DNA of 64,000 nt, taken from the NCBI GenBank assembly GCA_963773065.1, contig CAVYZN010000032.1:160001-224000 (forward strand), given 5' to 3'. This document shows, one piece after another, positions 53,529-64,000 of the stretch (position 1 is the first letter of the stretch; each line of letters begins with the position of its first letter). The notes beneath the pieces were generated by a model. That model did no database searches. It was not told the DNA's origin and worked only from the letters and a program-made list of their open reading frames with translations. This DNA is from an uncultured Gammaproteobacteria bacterium. Its GTDB lineage: Bacteria; Pseudomonadota; Gammaproteobacteria; UBA9214. A program made the position numbers and the translations under genes.

Positions 53529-53743
53529 TTATCCACAAATCCTGTGGATAACTCTGTGGATGAATTGTTGTCAATCGCGCCTAACCCAGATTTTTCCTGC
53601 CTTGTTGTTAAATTGACTAATTTTTATCCATAAAGTAATAATTATATAAATCAATAATCATATAGTTAATTATAACTTTCTCATATAGCCCAAACAACCA
53701 CCCTATGGCTTAAAATCGGCATTCGCACCCTGACTGTGCATAA
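53529..53743. promoter_or_regulatory. DnaA-box cluster with DARS-like core
   Basis: TTATCCACA-5bp-TGTGGATAA-3bp-TGTGGATGA (53529-53563); further boxes at 53624 and 53735; AT-rich interior. Confidence 0.8.
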
Positions 53744-53821
53744 ATCTTCGTTCGCCGGACTAAGTAAGACTACGTACAAAAAATAGGCAGGCGGGAAAAA
53801 ACGCATTTCCAGGCACGGGGT

Positions 53822-55189
53822 TTACAACTGCTTGATGGCCTGGATCAGCTCCCCGGTCATCCCCTGTCCGTCACCGTAGAGCATGCGTGCGTTGTCGGCA
53901 TAAAACAGGGCATTCTCGACGCCCGAGAAGCCCTTGCCCTGGCCGCGCTTGATGATGATGACATTCCTGGCCTGATCCACATTCAGGATCGGCATGCCGT
54001 AGATGGGACTGTCCGGGTTGGTGCGGGCCATGGGATTGACGACGTCATTGGCGCCGATGACCAGGGCGACATCGGTCTGCGCGAACTCGGCGTTGATCTC
54101 GTCCAGGTCATAAAGCCGGTCATAGGGCACGTCAGCCTCGGCCAGCAGGACGTTCATGTGGCCGGGCATGCGGCCGGCCACGGGATGGATCGCGAATTTG
54201 ACTTCGATGCTCCGGTCCAGCAGCAACTTCATCAACTCCTTGATCTTGTGCTGGGCCTGGGCCACGGCCATGCCATAGCCGGGGACGATGATGACCTTCT
54301 CGGCGTAGGCCATCATGATGCCGGCATCGTTCACGTCGATCGGCTTGAGGCTGCCTGCCACCGAGCCTTGTTCTTCTCCATGTTCCCCGCCAAAGGACCC
54401 GAACAGGACATGGCCGATCGAACGGTTCATCGCCCTGGCCATCAACTGGGTGAGCAGCGTGCCGGCCGCGCCCACGACGGTGCCCGCGATGATCATGGCG
54501 GCATTATCGAGCACGAAACCCTCGACGCCGACCGCGAGACCGGTCAGGGCGTTATAGAGGGAGATGACCACCGGCATGTCGGCGCCGCCGATCGGCAGGG
54601 TCTTCAAAACGCCAAAGGCGAGCGCCAGGGCGAAGAAAATCAGCAGGGTGATGCCGGCGGTGTCACCCGACTTTATGATCCAGCCGCCGGCCACGACGGC
54701 CAGAGCGAATATGACCAGATTGATGTGGTGCTGAAACGCAAAGCGCAGCGGCTTTTTCATCAGGCCCTGCAGCTTGGCGAAGGCGATGATGGAACCGGCG
54801 AACGACACCGACCCGATCAGGGCGCCCAGTAGGGCGAGCGTGAGCAAGCCCCCGGAATGAAAGTCACCCTTGAGCAGTTCCACGGCGGCGATCGCGCCGG
54901 CGCCGCCGCCGCCCATGCCGTTGTAGAGCGCGATCATCTGCGGCATGTTGGTCATGGCCACCTTCCTGCCGGACCACCAGGCGGCCACCCCGCCGATGGC
55001 CAGCGCCGCGGTCATGAGCAGGTAGTTTTCCATGCCCGGCCAGAAGAAGGTGATCAGGGTGGCGACCAGCATGCCGCTGCCGGCCCACAGGATGCCGCCG
55101 CGCGCCGTGACCGGAGAGCTCATGCGCTTAAGGCCGAGGATGAAGAGCATGGCCGCGAGGAAATAACTGATCTGGATGACGGCATCCAT
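53822..55189 (-). CDS. pntB: NAD(P) transhydrogenase beta subunit
   Basis: PIGGADMPVVIS, VPGYGMAVAQAQH, HPVAGRMPGHMNVLLAEA. Confidence 0.96.
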   Translation of the reverse strand: MDAVIQISYFLAAMLFILGLKRMSSPVTARGGILWAGSGMLVATLITFFWPGMENYLLMTAALAIGGVAAWWSGRKVAMTNMPQMIALYNGMGGGGAGAIAAVELLKGDFHSGGLLTLALLGALIGSVSFAGSIIAFAKLQGLMKKPLRFAFQHHINLVIFALAVVAGGWIIKSGDTAGITLLIFFALALAFGVLKTLPIGGADMPVVISLYNALTGLAVGVEGFVLDNAAMIIAGTVVGAAGTLLTQLMARAMNRSIGHVLFGSFGGEHGEEQGSVAGSLKPIDVNDAGIMMAYAEKVIIVPGYGMAVAQAQHKIKELMKLLLDRSIEVKFAIHPVAGRMPGHMNVLLAEADVPYDRLYDLDEINAEFAQTDVALVIGANDVVNPMARTNPDSPIYGMPILNVDQARNVIIIKRGQGKGFSGVENALFYADNARMLYGDGQGMTGELIQAIKQL

Positions 55190-55485
55190 CAGCGTTTTCC
55201 CTTGCCCTTGCTGCTCTTGAACATTTCCAGCATGCGGTCCGTGACCACATAGCCGCCGACCGCATTACCGGCCGAGAGCATGACGCCGAAAAAGCCGATA
55301 ATCCGTTCCAGGGTCGTATCGGCATGCCCCAGGGCGACCATGGCGCCGACCAGTACGATGCCATGCACGAAATTCGAGCCCGACATCAGCGGGGTGTGCA
55401 GGATGACCGGGACCCGGCTGATCACCTCGTAACCGGTAAAGGCCGCGAGCATGAAGATATACAGCGCGGTAAAGCCCTCGATCAT
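55189..55485 (-). CDS. pntA: NAD(P) transhydrogenase alpha subunit, membrane part
   Basis: VPVILHTPLMSGSN..GGYVVTDRMLEMF. Confidence 0.94.
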   Translation of the reverse strand: MIEGFTALYIFMLAAFTGYEVISRVPVILHTPLMSGSNFVHGIVLVGAMVALGHADTTLERIIGFFGVMLSAGNAVGGYVVTDRMLEMFKSSKGKGKR

Positions 55486-56612
55486 GATTTCGCCTCCACG
55501 AATTCCCGCGTCTGCGGATGCCGGATCTCGCCGGCATGGGTCATCACCGAGCTGCGGACTATTTCGTCATCCCAGTCCGGCCGGATTTCCCCGTTGCGCA
55601 CGATCAGCGGCAGGAAGTTGACCAGGTTCTTGGCGAACATTTCGCTGGCATGCACCGGCAGCATGGCCGGGACATTGAGGGGGCCGTAGATGATGACGCA
55701 ATCGTGCATGATCTTTTTCCCCGGACGGGTCAGTTCGCAGTTGCCGCCGCTGTAGGCGGCCGTATCGATGATGACCGAACCGGGTTTCATCGCCTCCACC
55801 ATGGCCTTGGAAATGATGCAGGGGGCGCGCTTGCCCGGGACGCCGGCGGTGGAAATGATGGCGTCGGCCTGGGAGACGTGCTGGCTGAGGACCCCCACTT
55901 CCTGCCGCTTCTCCTCTTCCGTGAGTTCCCGGGCATAACCGCCGCTGCCGAGCGCGGTTACGTGGACATCCACGAATCTGGCGCCGAGCGACTCCACCTG
56001 CTCGCGGGTTTCCGGGCGCACGTCATAGGCCTCGACGATCGCACCCAGACGTTTCGCCGTGGCGATGGCCTGCAGTCCGGCCACCCCGACGCCGACCACC
56101 AGTACCCGCGCCGGGCGGATGGTGCCGGCGGCCGTGGTCAGCATGGGAAAGAAACGCGCCGTCAGCTCGGCCGCCAGCAGGGCGGCCTTGTAGCCGGCGA
56201 TATTGGCCTGCGAGGAAAGCGCATCCATGCCCTGCGCGCGCGAGAGGCGCGGGATCAGTTCCATGGCAAAACTGGTGATGCGCCGGTCGCGCAGCAGCGC
56301 GGTGCGTTCCGGATATTCATAGGGATGCAGGAAGCCGATGACGATCGTCCCTTCCCGCAGCCGGGCGATGGCCTCAGGTGTCAGCGGTTGCACCGTGAAC
56401 ACGATGTCGGCCTCGGCGAAGAGCGTGTCGGCGTCGGGGACGATGCGGGCCGAGGCGTATTCGCTGTCACGGTAAAAGGCGCCCAGCCCGGCATCGGACT
56501 GGATCAGTACCTGCAGGCCTTGTTTGGCGAGCTGTTCGGCGACACCGGGCACCAGGGCGACGCGCCGTTCTCCCGGAACGGTTTCTTTGGGTACGGCCAC
56601 GCTTATCGGCAT
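55482..56612 (-). CDS. pntA: NAD(P) transhydrogenase alpha subunit, NAD(H)-binding part
   Basis: KETVPGERRVALVP, MDALSSQANIAGY, GVGVAGLQAIATA, GGNCELT. Confidence 0.95.
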   Translation of the reverse strand: MPISVAVPKETVPGERRVALVPGVAEQLAKQGLQVLIQSDAGLGAFYRDSEYASARIVPDADTLFAEADIVFTVQPLTPEAIARLREGTIVIGFLHPYEYPERTALLRDRRITSFAMELIPRLSRAQGMDALSSQANIAGYKAALLAAELTARFFPMLTTAAGTIRPARVLVVGVGVAGLQAIATAKRLGAIVEAYDVRPETREQVESLGARFVDVHVTALGSGGYARELTEEEKRQEVGVLSQHVSQADAIISTAGVPGKRAPCIISKAMVEAMKPGSVIIDTAAYSGGNCELTRPGKKIMHDCVIIYGPLNVPAMLPVHASEMFAKNLVNFLPLIVRNGEIRPDWDDEIVRSSVMTHAGEIRHPQTREFVEAKS

Positions 56613-57020
56613 CTTGATCTCCGCTTGCACTTGTCGTGTGAGTCATGGGACCGGGTAACAATGCGGCTGGGCGCCAATCCTGTCCCGGCATGCGCATCGC
56701 GTGTGCAACGCCCGCCACTCCGCCAGAGAACGGCGAATATTAGCGGATTTTAATGAGCGGTGACAGGGTGATACGCATCCGAAAACACCGATCGCACGGT
56801 CACGCCAGGATTAAAGCGTACGTTGATATGGGGTTATGAACGCCATCACCAGCGGCGCGCTCTTATGCTGCGAGCAGACACGGGTCTGGGTATAGTGCGA
56901 ATCGAACCGCCCGGTTCCCGGGCGCAATTCGCGGCGGTGCCACAGCCGGGCGATCGCTCCCGGATGGAGGGTGGATGGCATCGGAATGCCTCTACCCATT
57001 AATACCCGGAGGGATCGCCA

Positions 57021-58640
57021 ATGCATAGCAACGCCGCACCGACCTCTGCCTGGGAGCCGCTGCGCCGCCCGGTATTTCGCAGCCTGTGGATCGCCGCCCT
57101 GGTCTCCAACATCGGCAGTTGGATGCAGACCATGGGCGCCGGCTGGCTCATGACCGAGCTGACCCATTCGCCCGTCCAGGTGGCACTGGTGCAGGCGGCC
57201 CAGTCGCTGCCCATGTTCCTTCTGGCGCTGCCGGCCGGTGCGCTCGCCGACATCATCGATCGTCGCCAGCAACTGATCGTGGCGCAGGTGTGGATGCTGG
57301 TGTTCGCCGGCTTGCTTGCCGCCAGCACCTTCGCGGGCCTCACCACGCCGTGGTGGCTGCTCGTCATGACCTTTCTCATCGGTTGCGGTGCGGCGGCCAT
57401 GACGCCTGCGTGGTCGGCATCGGTGCAGGAGTGGGTGCCCCGCACGGAGCTGCAGCCGGCGATTGCCCTGATCTCGCTATCCATCAACCTATCGCGCGCG
57501 GTGGGACCGGCTCTCGCCGGAGTGATCGTCGCCGTGGCCGGCACCGCCATGGTGTTCCTGCTCAACACGCTTTCGTTCCTGGCGGTCATCGTCGCGCTGC
57601 TGCGCTGGAAGCGTTTGCCGACCGTCGTGGGGATGCCCGCGGAGCGGCTGTTCGGGGGATTGAAGAGCGGGTTCCGCTACGCCCGGCATGCGCCGCTCCT
57701 GCAACGGGTGCTGCTGCGGGCGCTCATCTTTTTCCCGTTCGCCAGCGCGGTATGGGCGCTGCTGCCGGTCCTGGTCAGCCAGGAACTGCAGGGTGGGGCG
57801 AGTCTCTACGGCGTGCTCCTCGGCTGCATCGGCATCGGCGCGGTGGCCGGCGCGCTGCTCATGCCACGCGTCCACGCCCGCGTTTCCCGGGATCGCCTGG
57901 TGGCCTACGCCACCATCGTATACGCCCTGGCTAGCGGCCTGCTGGCGGCCGCTCCGAACGCCTGGATCGCGGGCGTGGCCATGCTGATGGTGGGCGCGAG
58001 TTGGGTGGCGATACTGTCGTCCCTGCAGGTGGCGGCGCAGATGGCGCTCCCGCCCTGGGTGCGGGCGCGGGGCCTCGCCATGTACTGGGTGGTGCTGATG
58101 GGAGGCATGACCGCCGGCTCGGTGGGCTGGGGCCAGATCGCCGAATGGCTCGGCATCCCGTGGGCTCTTGCCGCCGCGGCGGTATGCCTGGTGGCCGGGA
58201 TCGTCGGCAGCTACCGGCTGCGCATCGGCGGTCACGACGCGGTGGACCTCACGCCCTCCGCCCACTGGCCCATGCCGATGCCGGCGGGTGAGCCGGAACT
58301 CGACGCCGGGCCGGTGCTGGTCACCGTGGAGTATCGAATACGATCCGAAAATGTCGGACGCTTTCTCAAGGCGATGCGCTCACTGCGGCGCGTACGGTTG
58401 CGCGACGGCGCGGTGTACTGGCAGGTCTTTCGCGATATGGAGCAGCCCGACCGTTTCGTCGAACATTTCGTCACCGAATCCTGGGCCGAGCACCTGCGCC
58501 AACATGGCCGGGTAACGGTTGCCGATCGCGATGTCCAGGAACGCATCCTGGCGTTGCACGCGGCGGGCGAGCGCCCCAAGGTCATACATTACATCGCCGG
58601 CTATGCGACGCAGCAGACGCTGGCGATGCCAGGCAAATGA
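57021..58640 (+). CDS. MFS transporter (DUF894/MFS_3 type with C-terminal soluble domain)
   Basis: LWIAALVSNIGSWMQ..GPVLVTVEYRI..RLRDGA..SWAEHLRQH. Confidence 0.9.
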   Translation: MHSNAAPTSAWEPLRRPVFRSLWIAALVSNIGSWMQTMGAGWLMTELTHSPVQVALVQAAQSLPMFLLALPAGALADIIDRRQQLIVAQVWMLVFAGLLAASTFAGLTTPWWLLVMTFLIGCGAAAMTPAWSASVQEWVPRTELQPAIALISLSINLSRAVGPALAGVIVAVAGTAMVFLLNTLSFLAVIVALLRWKRLPTVVGMPAERLFGGLKSGFRYARHAPLLQRVLLRALIFFPFASAVWALLPVLVSQELQGGASLYGVLLGCIGIGAVAGALLMPRVHARVSRDRLVAYATIVYALASGLLAAAPNAWIAGVAMLMVGASWVAILSSLQVAAQMALPPWVRARGLAMYWVVLMGGMTAGSVGWGQIAEWLGIPWALAAAAVCLVAGIVGSYRLRIGGHDAVDLTPSAHWPMPMPAGEPELDAGPVLVTVEYRIRSENVGRFLKAMRSLRRVRLRDGAVYWQVFRDMEQPDRFVEHFVTESWAEHLRQHGRVTVADRDVQERILALHAAGERPKVIHYIAGYATQQTLAMPGK

Positions 58641-58740
58641 CCTTCCCCGCTGCAACGGGGCGCCTGGTAAGGCGGCAGGAATGATCCGATTACTCGAATG
58701 GCACTTACCTAAAGGATATCGTTTACACAACCGTACCATT

Positions 58741-58813
58741 GGCCACGGAAGCACACGGAAAAACACGGACTACATACTGATAATTTCAGTGTCTTCCGTG
58801 TGTATCCGTGGCT
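58741..58813. repeat. Palindromic element with tandem CACGGA units, between convergent genes
   Basis: GCCACGGAAGCACACGGAAAAACACGGA ... TTCCGTGTGTATCCGTGGC. Confidence 0.6.
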
Positions 58814-58867
58814 ATTTACCGGGTTAGGGATTAAGCGCGCGAAAAACCGAGGTCTGTCCCGCATCCC

Positions 58868-60582
58868 CTACTTGTGTTTGCCGGTGAACAGCCGGATCAG
58901 GTCCGGCCGGGAAACGACGCCGATGACCTCATTGTCGGTATTGGTGATGATCAGCCGCTTGATCCGGTTCCTGTCCATCAGGTGGATGGCGGTTTGCAGG
59001 GTGTCCTCTTCCTTGACGGTGATGGGCTTGCGGGTCATCAGGCTGTCCACCGTCGTGCCGTGGGTCTTGGACGGACGGCCGGCGGCGGATGATGGTGGTG
59101 AACATGTTCATGACGCCCGATCCTTCATCGATACGCAGTGAGGCGAGGAAGTCGGCCTCGCTCAGTATGCCGACGAGTTTCTTGTTGGCATCGATCACCG
59201 GCAGGCTGCTGATGCCCTGTTGCGCCATGATCTCGGCGGCCATATCGAGCGAGGTGCCCTCGTGCACGGTGATCACGTCACGCGTCATGATCTCGCCCAC
59301 CTTCACCGCCTGGGATTGCCGGATCTTGGGATGCGTGCTCATGTCCTTGCCGACGAAATTCATCTGCGAGGGCAGCATCGGCACCATCGGCAGGTAGCCG
59401 GGCAGGAGCATGTTCCAGTAGATCCAGTCGAACATGATCTTGCCCATGTGGTTCATGTAGGTTTCCTTCAGCAGATCGAACGGCCCGACCACCGGCATGG
59501 GGAACTTGCCTTCCAGCGGTTCCATGTCGTAGTTGAAGTCGATCAGCAGGGCCTTGTGATAGCCGGACTCGATGTAGCAGTTGGAGTGCCCGTCGAAGCT
59601 CGGCCGCGGCTTCTTGCCTTCGATCTCCAGCAAGTATGTTTTCCACCACGGTTTCCGCCTCGAAGTGGGCCACGGAACCGGCCTTGGAGGTGGAGACATT
59701 GGTGTTGTCGCCCAGCAGGTAGATGAAGTCGGCCTTGCGGTGCTTGAGCGTCTTGGGGTCGGTCAGCGCGTAGCCGGTCCCATCGCCGAGTCCCGAGTCG
59801 TCGATGACCCGGGGTCCCAGATTGGGCGGAATGATGCACAGCAGGTCGTATTCCACCGTGGTGCCCTCATAGGAATGGATGCTGTGGTTCTCCCCGTCGA
59901 CGCGCTCCAGGGCGAAGTTGGGCACGATATGGATGTGTTTATCCCAGGCGATCTTGGTCAGCACCCGGTTGGCGTTGGGTTTGGTGAAGGCGCCGGAGTA
60001 GGGCGTGACCAGGGAGATATCGATCTTGTCGCGCACCCCCTTGAGGGCGAAGTAATAGTCGGCGAGAAACGCGAACTCGATCGGCGCCACCGGGCACTTG
60101 ATCGGCATGTCCGCGATGTCGATGACCAGTTTGCCGGATTCCATCTTCTCCATATCCGGCTGCATCGCCAGCGCCGCATCCAGATGGTAGAAGCTGTGCA
60201 CGCCGTTTTTGCCATAGGTCTCGGGCAGTCCCTCGACCTCATCGACCACCGCCTGGCAGCCGAGCGCGACGACCAGGTAGTCATAGTCATGGCTGCCCCG
60301 GGTCGAGACGACTTTCTTGTTCTTGTGATCGATGAGCTTGACCTCGGCCTTGATGAAATCGGCGCTCTTGGGCAGCGGGTCGGTGATGTCGCGCGCGATT
60401 TGTTCCCGGGTTTCATAGCCGTAGAGCTTGAACGGGATGAACAGGTTACCGGGCTGGTAGTGGTGCTCGGCGGCCTTGTCGATCACCGTGATCTTCCACT
60501 CCTTCTGGTTGAGCTTGTGGCTCAGCATGTTGGCCACGATGCAGCCACCCGTACCGGCTCCCAGTACGACGATATTTCTCAT
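58868..60582 (-). CDS. sqr: Sulfide:quinone oxidoreductase-like flavoprotein fused to a CBS pair (indels)
   Basis: GAGTGG, HYQPG, KCPVAPIEF, SKAGSVAHFE, FDGHSNCYIESG..LIDFNY; continues in frame into KVGEIMTRDVITV..LPVID..VGILSEADF. Confidence 0.8.
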
Positions 60583-60626
60583 GATTCACTCTCCTGTGAC
60601 GTTGGCGGCAGCGGGCGCCTGGTCCG

Positions 60627-61052
60627 TCAACTGCGCGCGGGTTTTCCGGCGCTGTCGCGGCTTAAGCGGATCAGCGCCTTGAGCAGATCGGAGCGGTTGA
60701 GCTGTCCGACGATGCGCTGGTTGTCCATGACGGGAAACCCGCGCAGCGAGGTATCGACGAACAGCCGGGCCGCGTCGATGATGCTCATGCCGGCGTCGAT
60801 GGTCCGCACGCGCGTCTGCATGTATTCCGAGACGCGCCCACCCCATTCCTCGTAGTAGGCGGCCTTGAGGACCGCCTCGAGGCAGTCCTTCTCGGCGAGC
60901 AGCCCCACGACGTTTCCCAGGTCGTCGATGACGGGCGCCCCGGGTATGCCACGATCCGTCAGGATCTGCACGGCCTCCACCACGTCCATATCGGGATGCA
61001 GGGTGACCACGTGGGTCGACATATAGGACTTTACGGTGTTTGCCTCGGGCAT
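60627..61052 (-). CDS. CBS domain protein
   Basis: VKSYMSTHVVTL..GAPVIDD..FPVMDN..VGQLNRSDLL. Confidence 0.9.
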   Translation of the reverse strand: MPEANTVKSYMSTHVVTLHPDMDVVEAVQILTDRGIPGAPVIDDLGNVVGLLAEKDCLEAVLKAAYYEEWGGRVSEYMQTRVRTIDAGMSIIDAARLFVDTSLRGFPVMDNQRIVGQLNRSDLLKALIRLSRDSAGKPARS

Positions 61053-61068
61053 GGGCTTCTTCTCGCTG

Positions 61069-61272
61069 TCACTTGGCGGCCGCGGGCGGGGTGCCGGCGC
61101 GGCGTTTTTTGCAGGGTCGGCGGCAGGTGCCGCCGCAATCGGATGCTATGCCGGGGATGCGGTTCAGGCCGCCGCAACTGCCCTGGATCGCCCGGCGGCC
61201 GCGCAGCACCCCGATGCCCAGCGCGACGGCGGCCAGGGCGAAGATCACGATGCTGAACAGGATCTCGGCCAT
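61069..61272 (-). CDS. nqrM: NqrM-like Na+-NQR maturation protein
   Basis: TM helix then IQGSCGGL..DCGGTCRRPC; downstream of apbE. Confidence 0.7.
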   Translation of the reverse strand: MAEILFSIVIFALAAVALGIGVLRGRRAIQGSCGGLNRIPGIASDCGGTCRRPCKKRRAGTPPAAAK

Positions 61273-61274
61273 GT

Positions 61275-62332
61275 TCAGCCGCTGTCTTTCGAGGCGATGC
61301 TGGTCGAAGGCCGGGGTTTCCCGGTCGGTGAAACCGGCCTCGGTCTTGATGATGAAGTAGGCGGCAAGCCCCTCCTGTTCGGCAAGGTGATAGCCGTCTT
61401 CGGGACCGAGAACCATCAGGGCCGTGCACAGGGCGTCGGCGCGCATCGTGTTCTCGCTCACCACCGTCACGGAGGCCAGCCGGTGCGTAACGGGGCGGCC
61501 CGTATGCGGGTCGATGATATGCGAATAGCGCTGCCCGTCGCGTTCGAAATAGTCATGATAATCGCCCGAGGTCGATACCCCGACATCGGCGATGCGGATG
61601 ATGGTGTAAACGGAGCGCTCCCCGGGCGTGGGGCGTTCGATGCCGATGCGCCAGTGGCCGCCGAGTTGATTGAGGCCCTTGCCGCGCAGTTCCCCGCCGA
61701 TCTCGACCAGATAGTTGGCGATGCCGAGGGTTTCGAGCCGTTCCGCGACCCGGTCCACGGTATAGCCCTGCGCAATGGAATTCAGATCGACATACATGTC
61801 GGGGATATCCTTGCGGATCGCCGGCGGCGAGGGACGGATGTCGAGGTGGGCGTAGCCGATGCGCGCCTGCGCTGCCGCGATCTCCTGCTGTGCATGGAAT
61901 CCGGTCACCGGTATCCTCCGGTCCGAATCCCCACAGGTTGACCAGCGGTCCGACGGTGACATCGTAGCGCGCCATGGCTGAGTTCGCTGACCTGCCGCGC
62001 TTCGGTGAGCACCCGCACCAGGCCCGCGGAGGCCGGGATCCAGCCGGTGTCGCGGCTCTGGTTAAAGAGTGATAATTCGGAATCGGGCTCGTACGTCGAA
62101 AAGTGCCGGGTGATGTCGTCGAGTTCCGCTTCGATGGCGGTCCTGGCCGTCTCCGCCGTGCAAGCGCCGCCGGCAGGTCGACGACCTTGATGTGGTAGGT
62201 CGTGCCCTGGGTGTCGCCGGTGAATTCCTTCAGCCGGGCTTGCGCCGAATGATCGCCGCAGGCCGCGAGCCACAGGCTCAGCGAGGCGATGGCGAGGGCA
62301 TGGCGCAGCCGATGGTCGACACGGGCGGACAT
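61275..62332 (-). CDS. apbE: FAD:protein FMN transferase (indels)
   Basis: Lipobox LAAC, DVTVGPLVNLWGFG, DLNSIAQGY, STSGDY, SHIIDPHTG. Confidence 0.93.
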
Positions 62333-62336
62333 CAGC

Positions 62337-63560
62337 TTACGCGCCGAAATCGTCTAGCAGGATGTTGTCGCGCTCGACGCCGAGGTCCACGAGCATCCTG
62401 GATGACGGCGGTGTTCATCATGGGCGGTCCGCACAGATAGTACTCGCAGTCCTCCGGCGCCGGGTGGTAGCTCAGGTAGTGCATCAGCAGGACCTCGTGG
62501 ATGAAGCCCCGGTAACCGTCCCAGTGGTCATCCGGCTGCGGGTCCGACAGTCCGACATGCCATTCGAAATTGGGATGTTCCCGCTGCAGCCGGTTGAAAT
62601 CCTCCTGGTAGAAGATCTCCCGCCGGCTGCGCGCCCCGTACCAGAAGGACATCTTGCGCTGGGTGTCAAGCCGCTTGAGCTGGTCGAAGATATGGGCGCG
62701 CATCGGCGCCATGCCCGCGCCCCCGCCGACAAAGACCATCTCGGCTTCGGTCTCGCGGGCGAAAAATTCCCCGAAGGGGCCGGAGATGGTGACCTGGTCG
62801 CCCGCTTTGAGGCCGAAGATGAACGAGGACATGATGCCGGGAGGGGCATCCGGGATGCTCGGCGGCGGCGGTGGCGATGCGCACATTGAGCATGACAATG
62901 CCCTTCTCGCCCGGATAGTTCGCCATGGAATAGGCGCGCGTCACCGTCTGCCGGGTCTGCCGAGACGAAGCGCCACAGGTTGTGGCGGTCCCAGTCCGCG
63001 CGGAATTTCTCCGGGATATCGAAGTCCGTGTATTTGACGGTGTGCGGTGGGCATTCGATCTGGATATAGCCGCCGGCGCGGAAATCCAGTTGCGCGTCTT
63101 GCGGCAGTTCCAGCACCAGCTCCTTGATGAAGGTGGAGACGTTGTCATTGGAGCGCACGCGGCATTCGAGCTTCTTGACGCCGAATACCTCGGGCGGCAC
63201 CTCGATCTGCATATCCTGCTTCACCACCACCTGGCAGGCCAGCCGTTCGCCCGCGGCGGCCTCGCGTTTGTTGATATGCGTGGCCTCGGTGGCCAGGATA
63301 TCGCCGCCTCCCGCGTGGATCTTGACGCGGCACTGACCGCAGGTGCCGCCCCCGCCGCAGGCCGAGGGTACGAACACTCTGGCGTCGGCCAGGGCGTTGA
63401 GCAGTTTCAGGCCGACCGGCACGGGCATGTTCTTTTCACCGTTCAGGGTGAGGGTGACGTTGCCCGTGGTGACCAACTGGGCGCGCGCCAGCAGGATGAC
63501 GCCCACCAGCAGCAGCACGATGGCGGTGAACAGGGCGACACCCAGGCCGATCTCTAGCAT
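62337..63560 (-). CDS. nqrF: Na+-translocating NADH:quinone reductase subunit F (indels)
   Basis: [43 protein letters not shown]. Confidence 0.95.
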
Positions 63561-63579
63561 GTTTGCGATTCCATGCGTG

Positions 63580-64000
63580 TCAGAGCTGGATGCCCGAGAA
63601 GGACATGAAGGTGAGGGACATGAGACCTCCCGCGATGAAGGTGATCCCCAGTCCCTGCAGCCCTTCGGGGACGTCGCTGTATTTGAGTTTCTCCCGGATG
63701 CCGGCCAGGCCCACCAGGGCGAGGGCCCAGCCCAGGCCGCTGCCGACGCCATAGACGACGCTCTCGCTGAAGGTGTAGGAGCGCTCCACCATGAACAAGG
63801 AACCGGCGAGAATCGCGCAGTTGACGCTGATCAGCGGCAGGAAGATGCCGAGGGCGTTGTAGAGCGGGGGAAAATACCGGTCGAGCAGCATCTCCAGGAT
63901 CTGCACGATGGCCGCGATCACGCCGATGTAACTGATCAGCCCGAGGAAGCTGAGATCGACATCCGGCAGACCGGCCCAGGCCAGGGCGCCGTCCTTGAGC
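63580..64000 (-). CDS. nqrE: Na+-translocating NADH:quinone reductase subunit E (5' part outside window)
   Basis: [42 protein letters not shown]. Confidence 0.94.
   Translation of the reverse strand, partial: LKDGALAWAGLPDVDLSFLGLISYIGVIAAIVQILEMLLDRYFPPLYNALGIFLPLISVNCAILAGSLFMVERSYTFSESVVYGVGSGLGWALALVGLAGIREKLKYSDVPEGLQGLGITFIAGGLMSLTFMSFSGIQL

Noticed and set aside
53529-53743. Definite oriC
   Set aside because: No dnaA or mnmG context in the window and the box geometry fits DARS better; it cannot be settled without genome-wide skew.
2774-60855. Long antisense ORFs (e.g. 2774-4030, 40548-41690, 55518-56753, 59581-60855)
   Set aside because: Shadow frames of GC-rich genes with no recognisable motifs.
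4433-63560. Mass pseudogenisation or programmed frameshifting
   Set aside because: Single-base indels also hit essential argS and nqrF without other decay, which fits sequencing error.

Overview
GC-rich gammaproteobacterial chromosome segment. Many single-base indels, even in argS and nqrF, indicate an unpolished assembly, so most split ORFs are treated as intact genes. Core genes lie at both ends: comM-ubiK / torF-glnK-amtB / asmA-mutY-yggX-tRNA-Phe on the left, and SPOR-argS-priA, a DARS-like DnaA-box cluster, pntAB, an SQR-CBS fusion and apbE-nqrFE on the right. Between them is a ~40 kb accessory region downstream of tRNA-Phe. It holds an RND pump, copAB/copK, a sulfur-relay/ArsM/multiheme cluster, chrBA, PEP-CTERM-type proteins, an integrase-less integron cassette array (about 7 attC sites, toxin-antitoxin cassettes, IS630, an attC-inserted IS110/IS1111) and a Cyc2-like cytochrome-porin. 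The most striking item is a nested element at 29.8-31.9 kb. An intact group II intron has a putative EBS1 loop (UCCCGC) complementary to the GCGGGA found in domain V of many group II introns. Its 3' flank is the distal half of another intron's domain V plus domain VI. That host intron remnant itself ends exactly in the GTT^AGGC core site of the first integron cassette.
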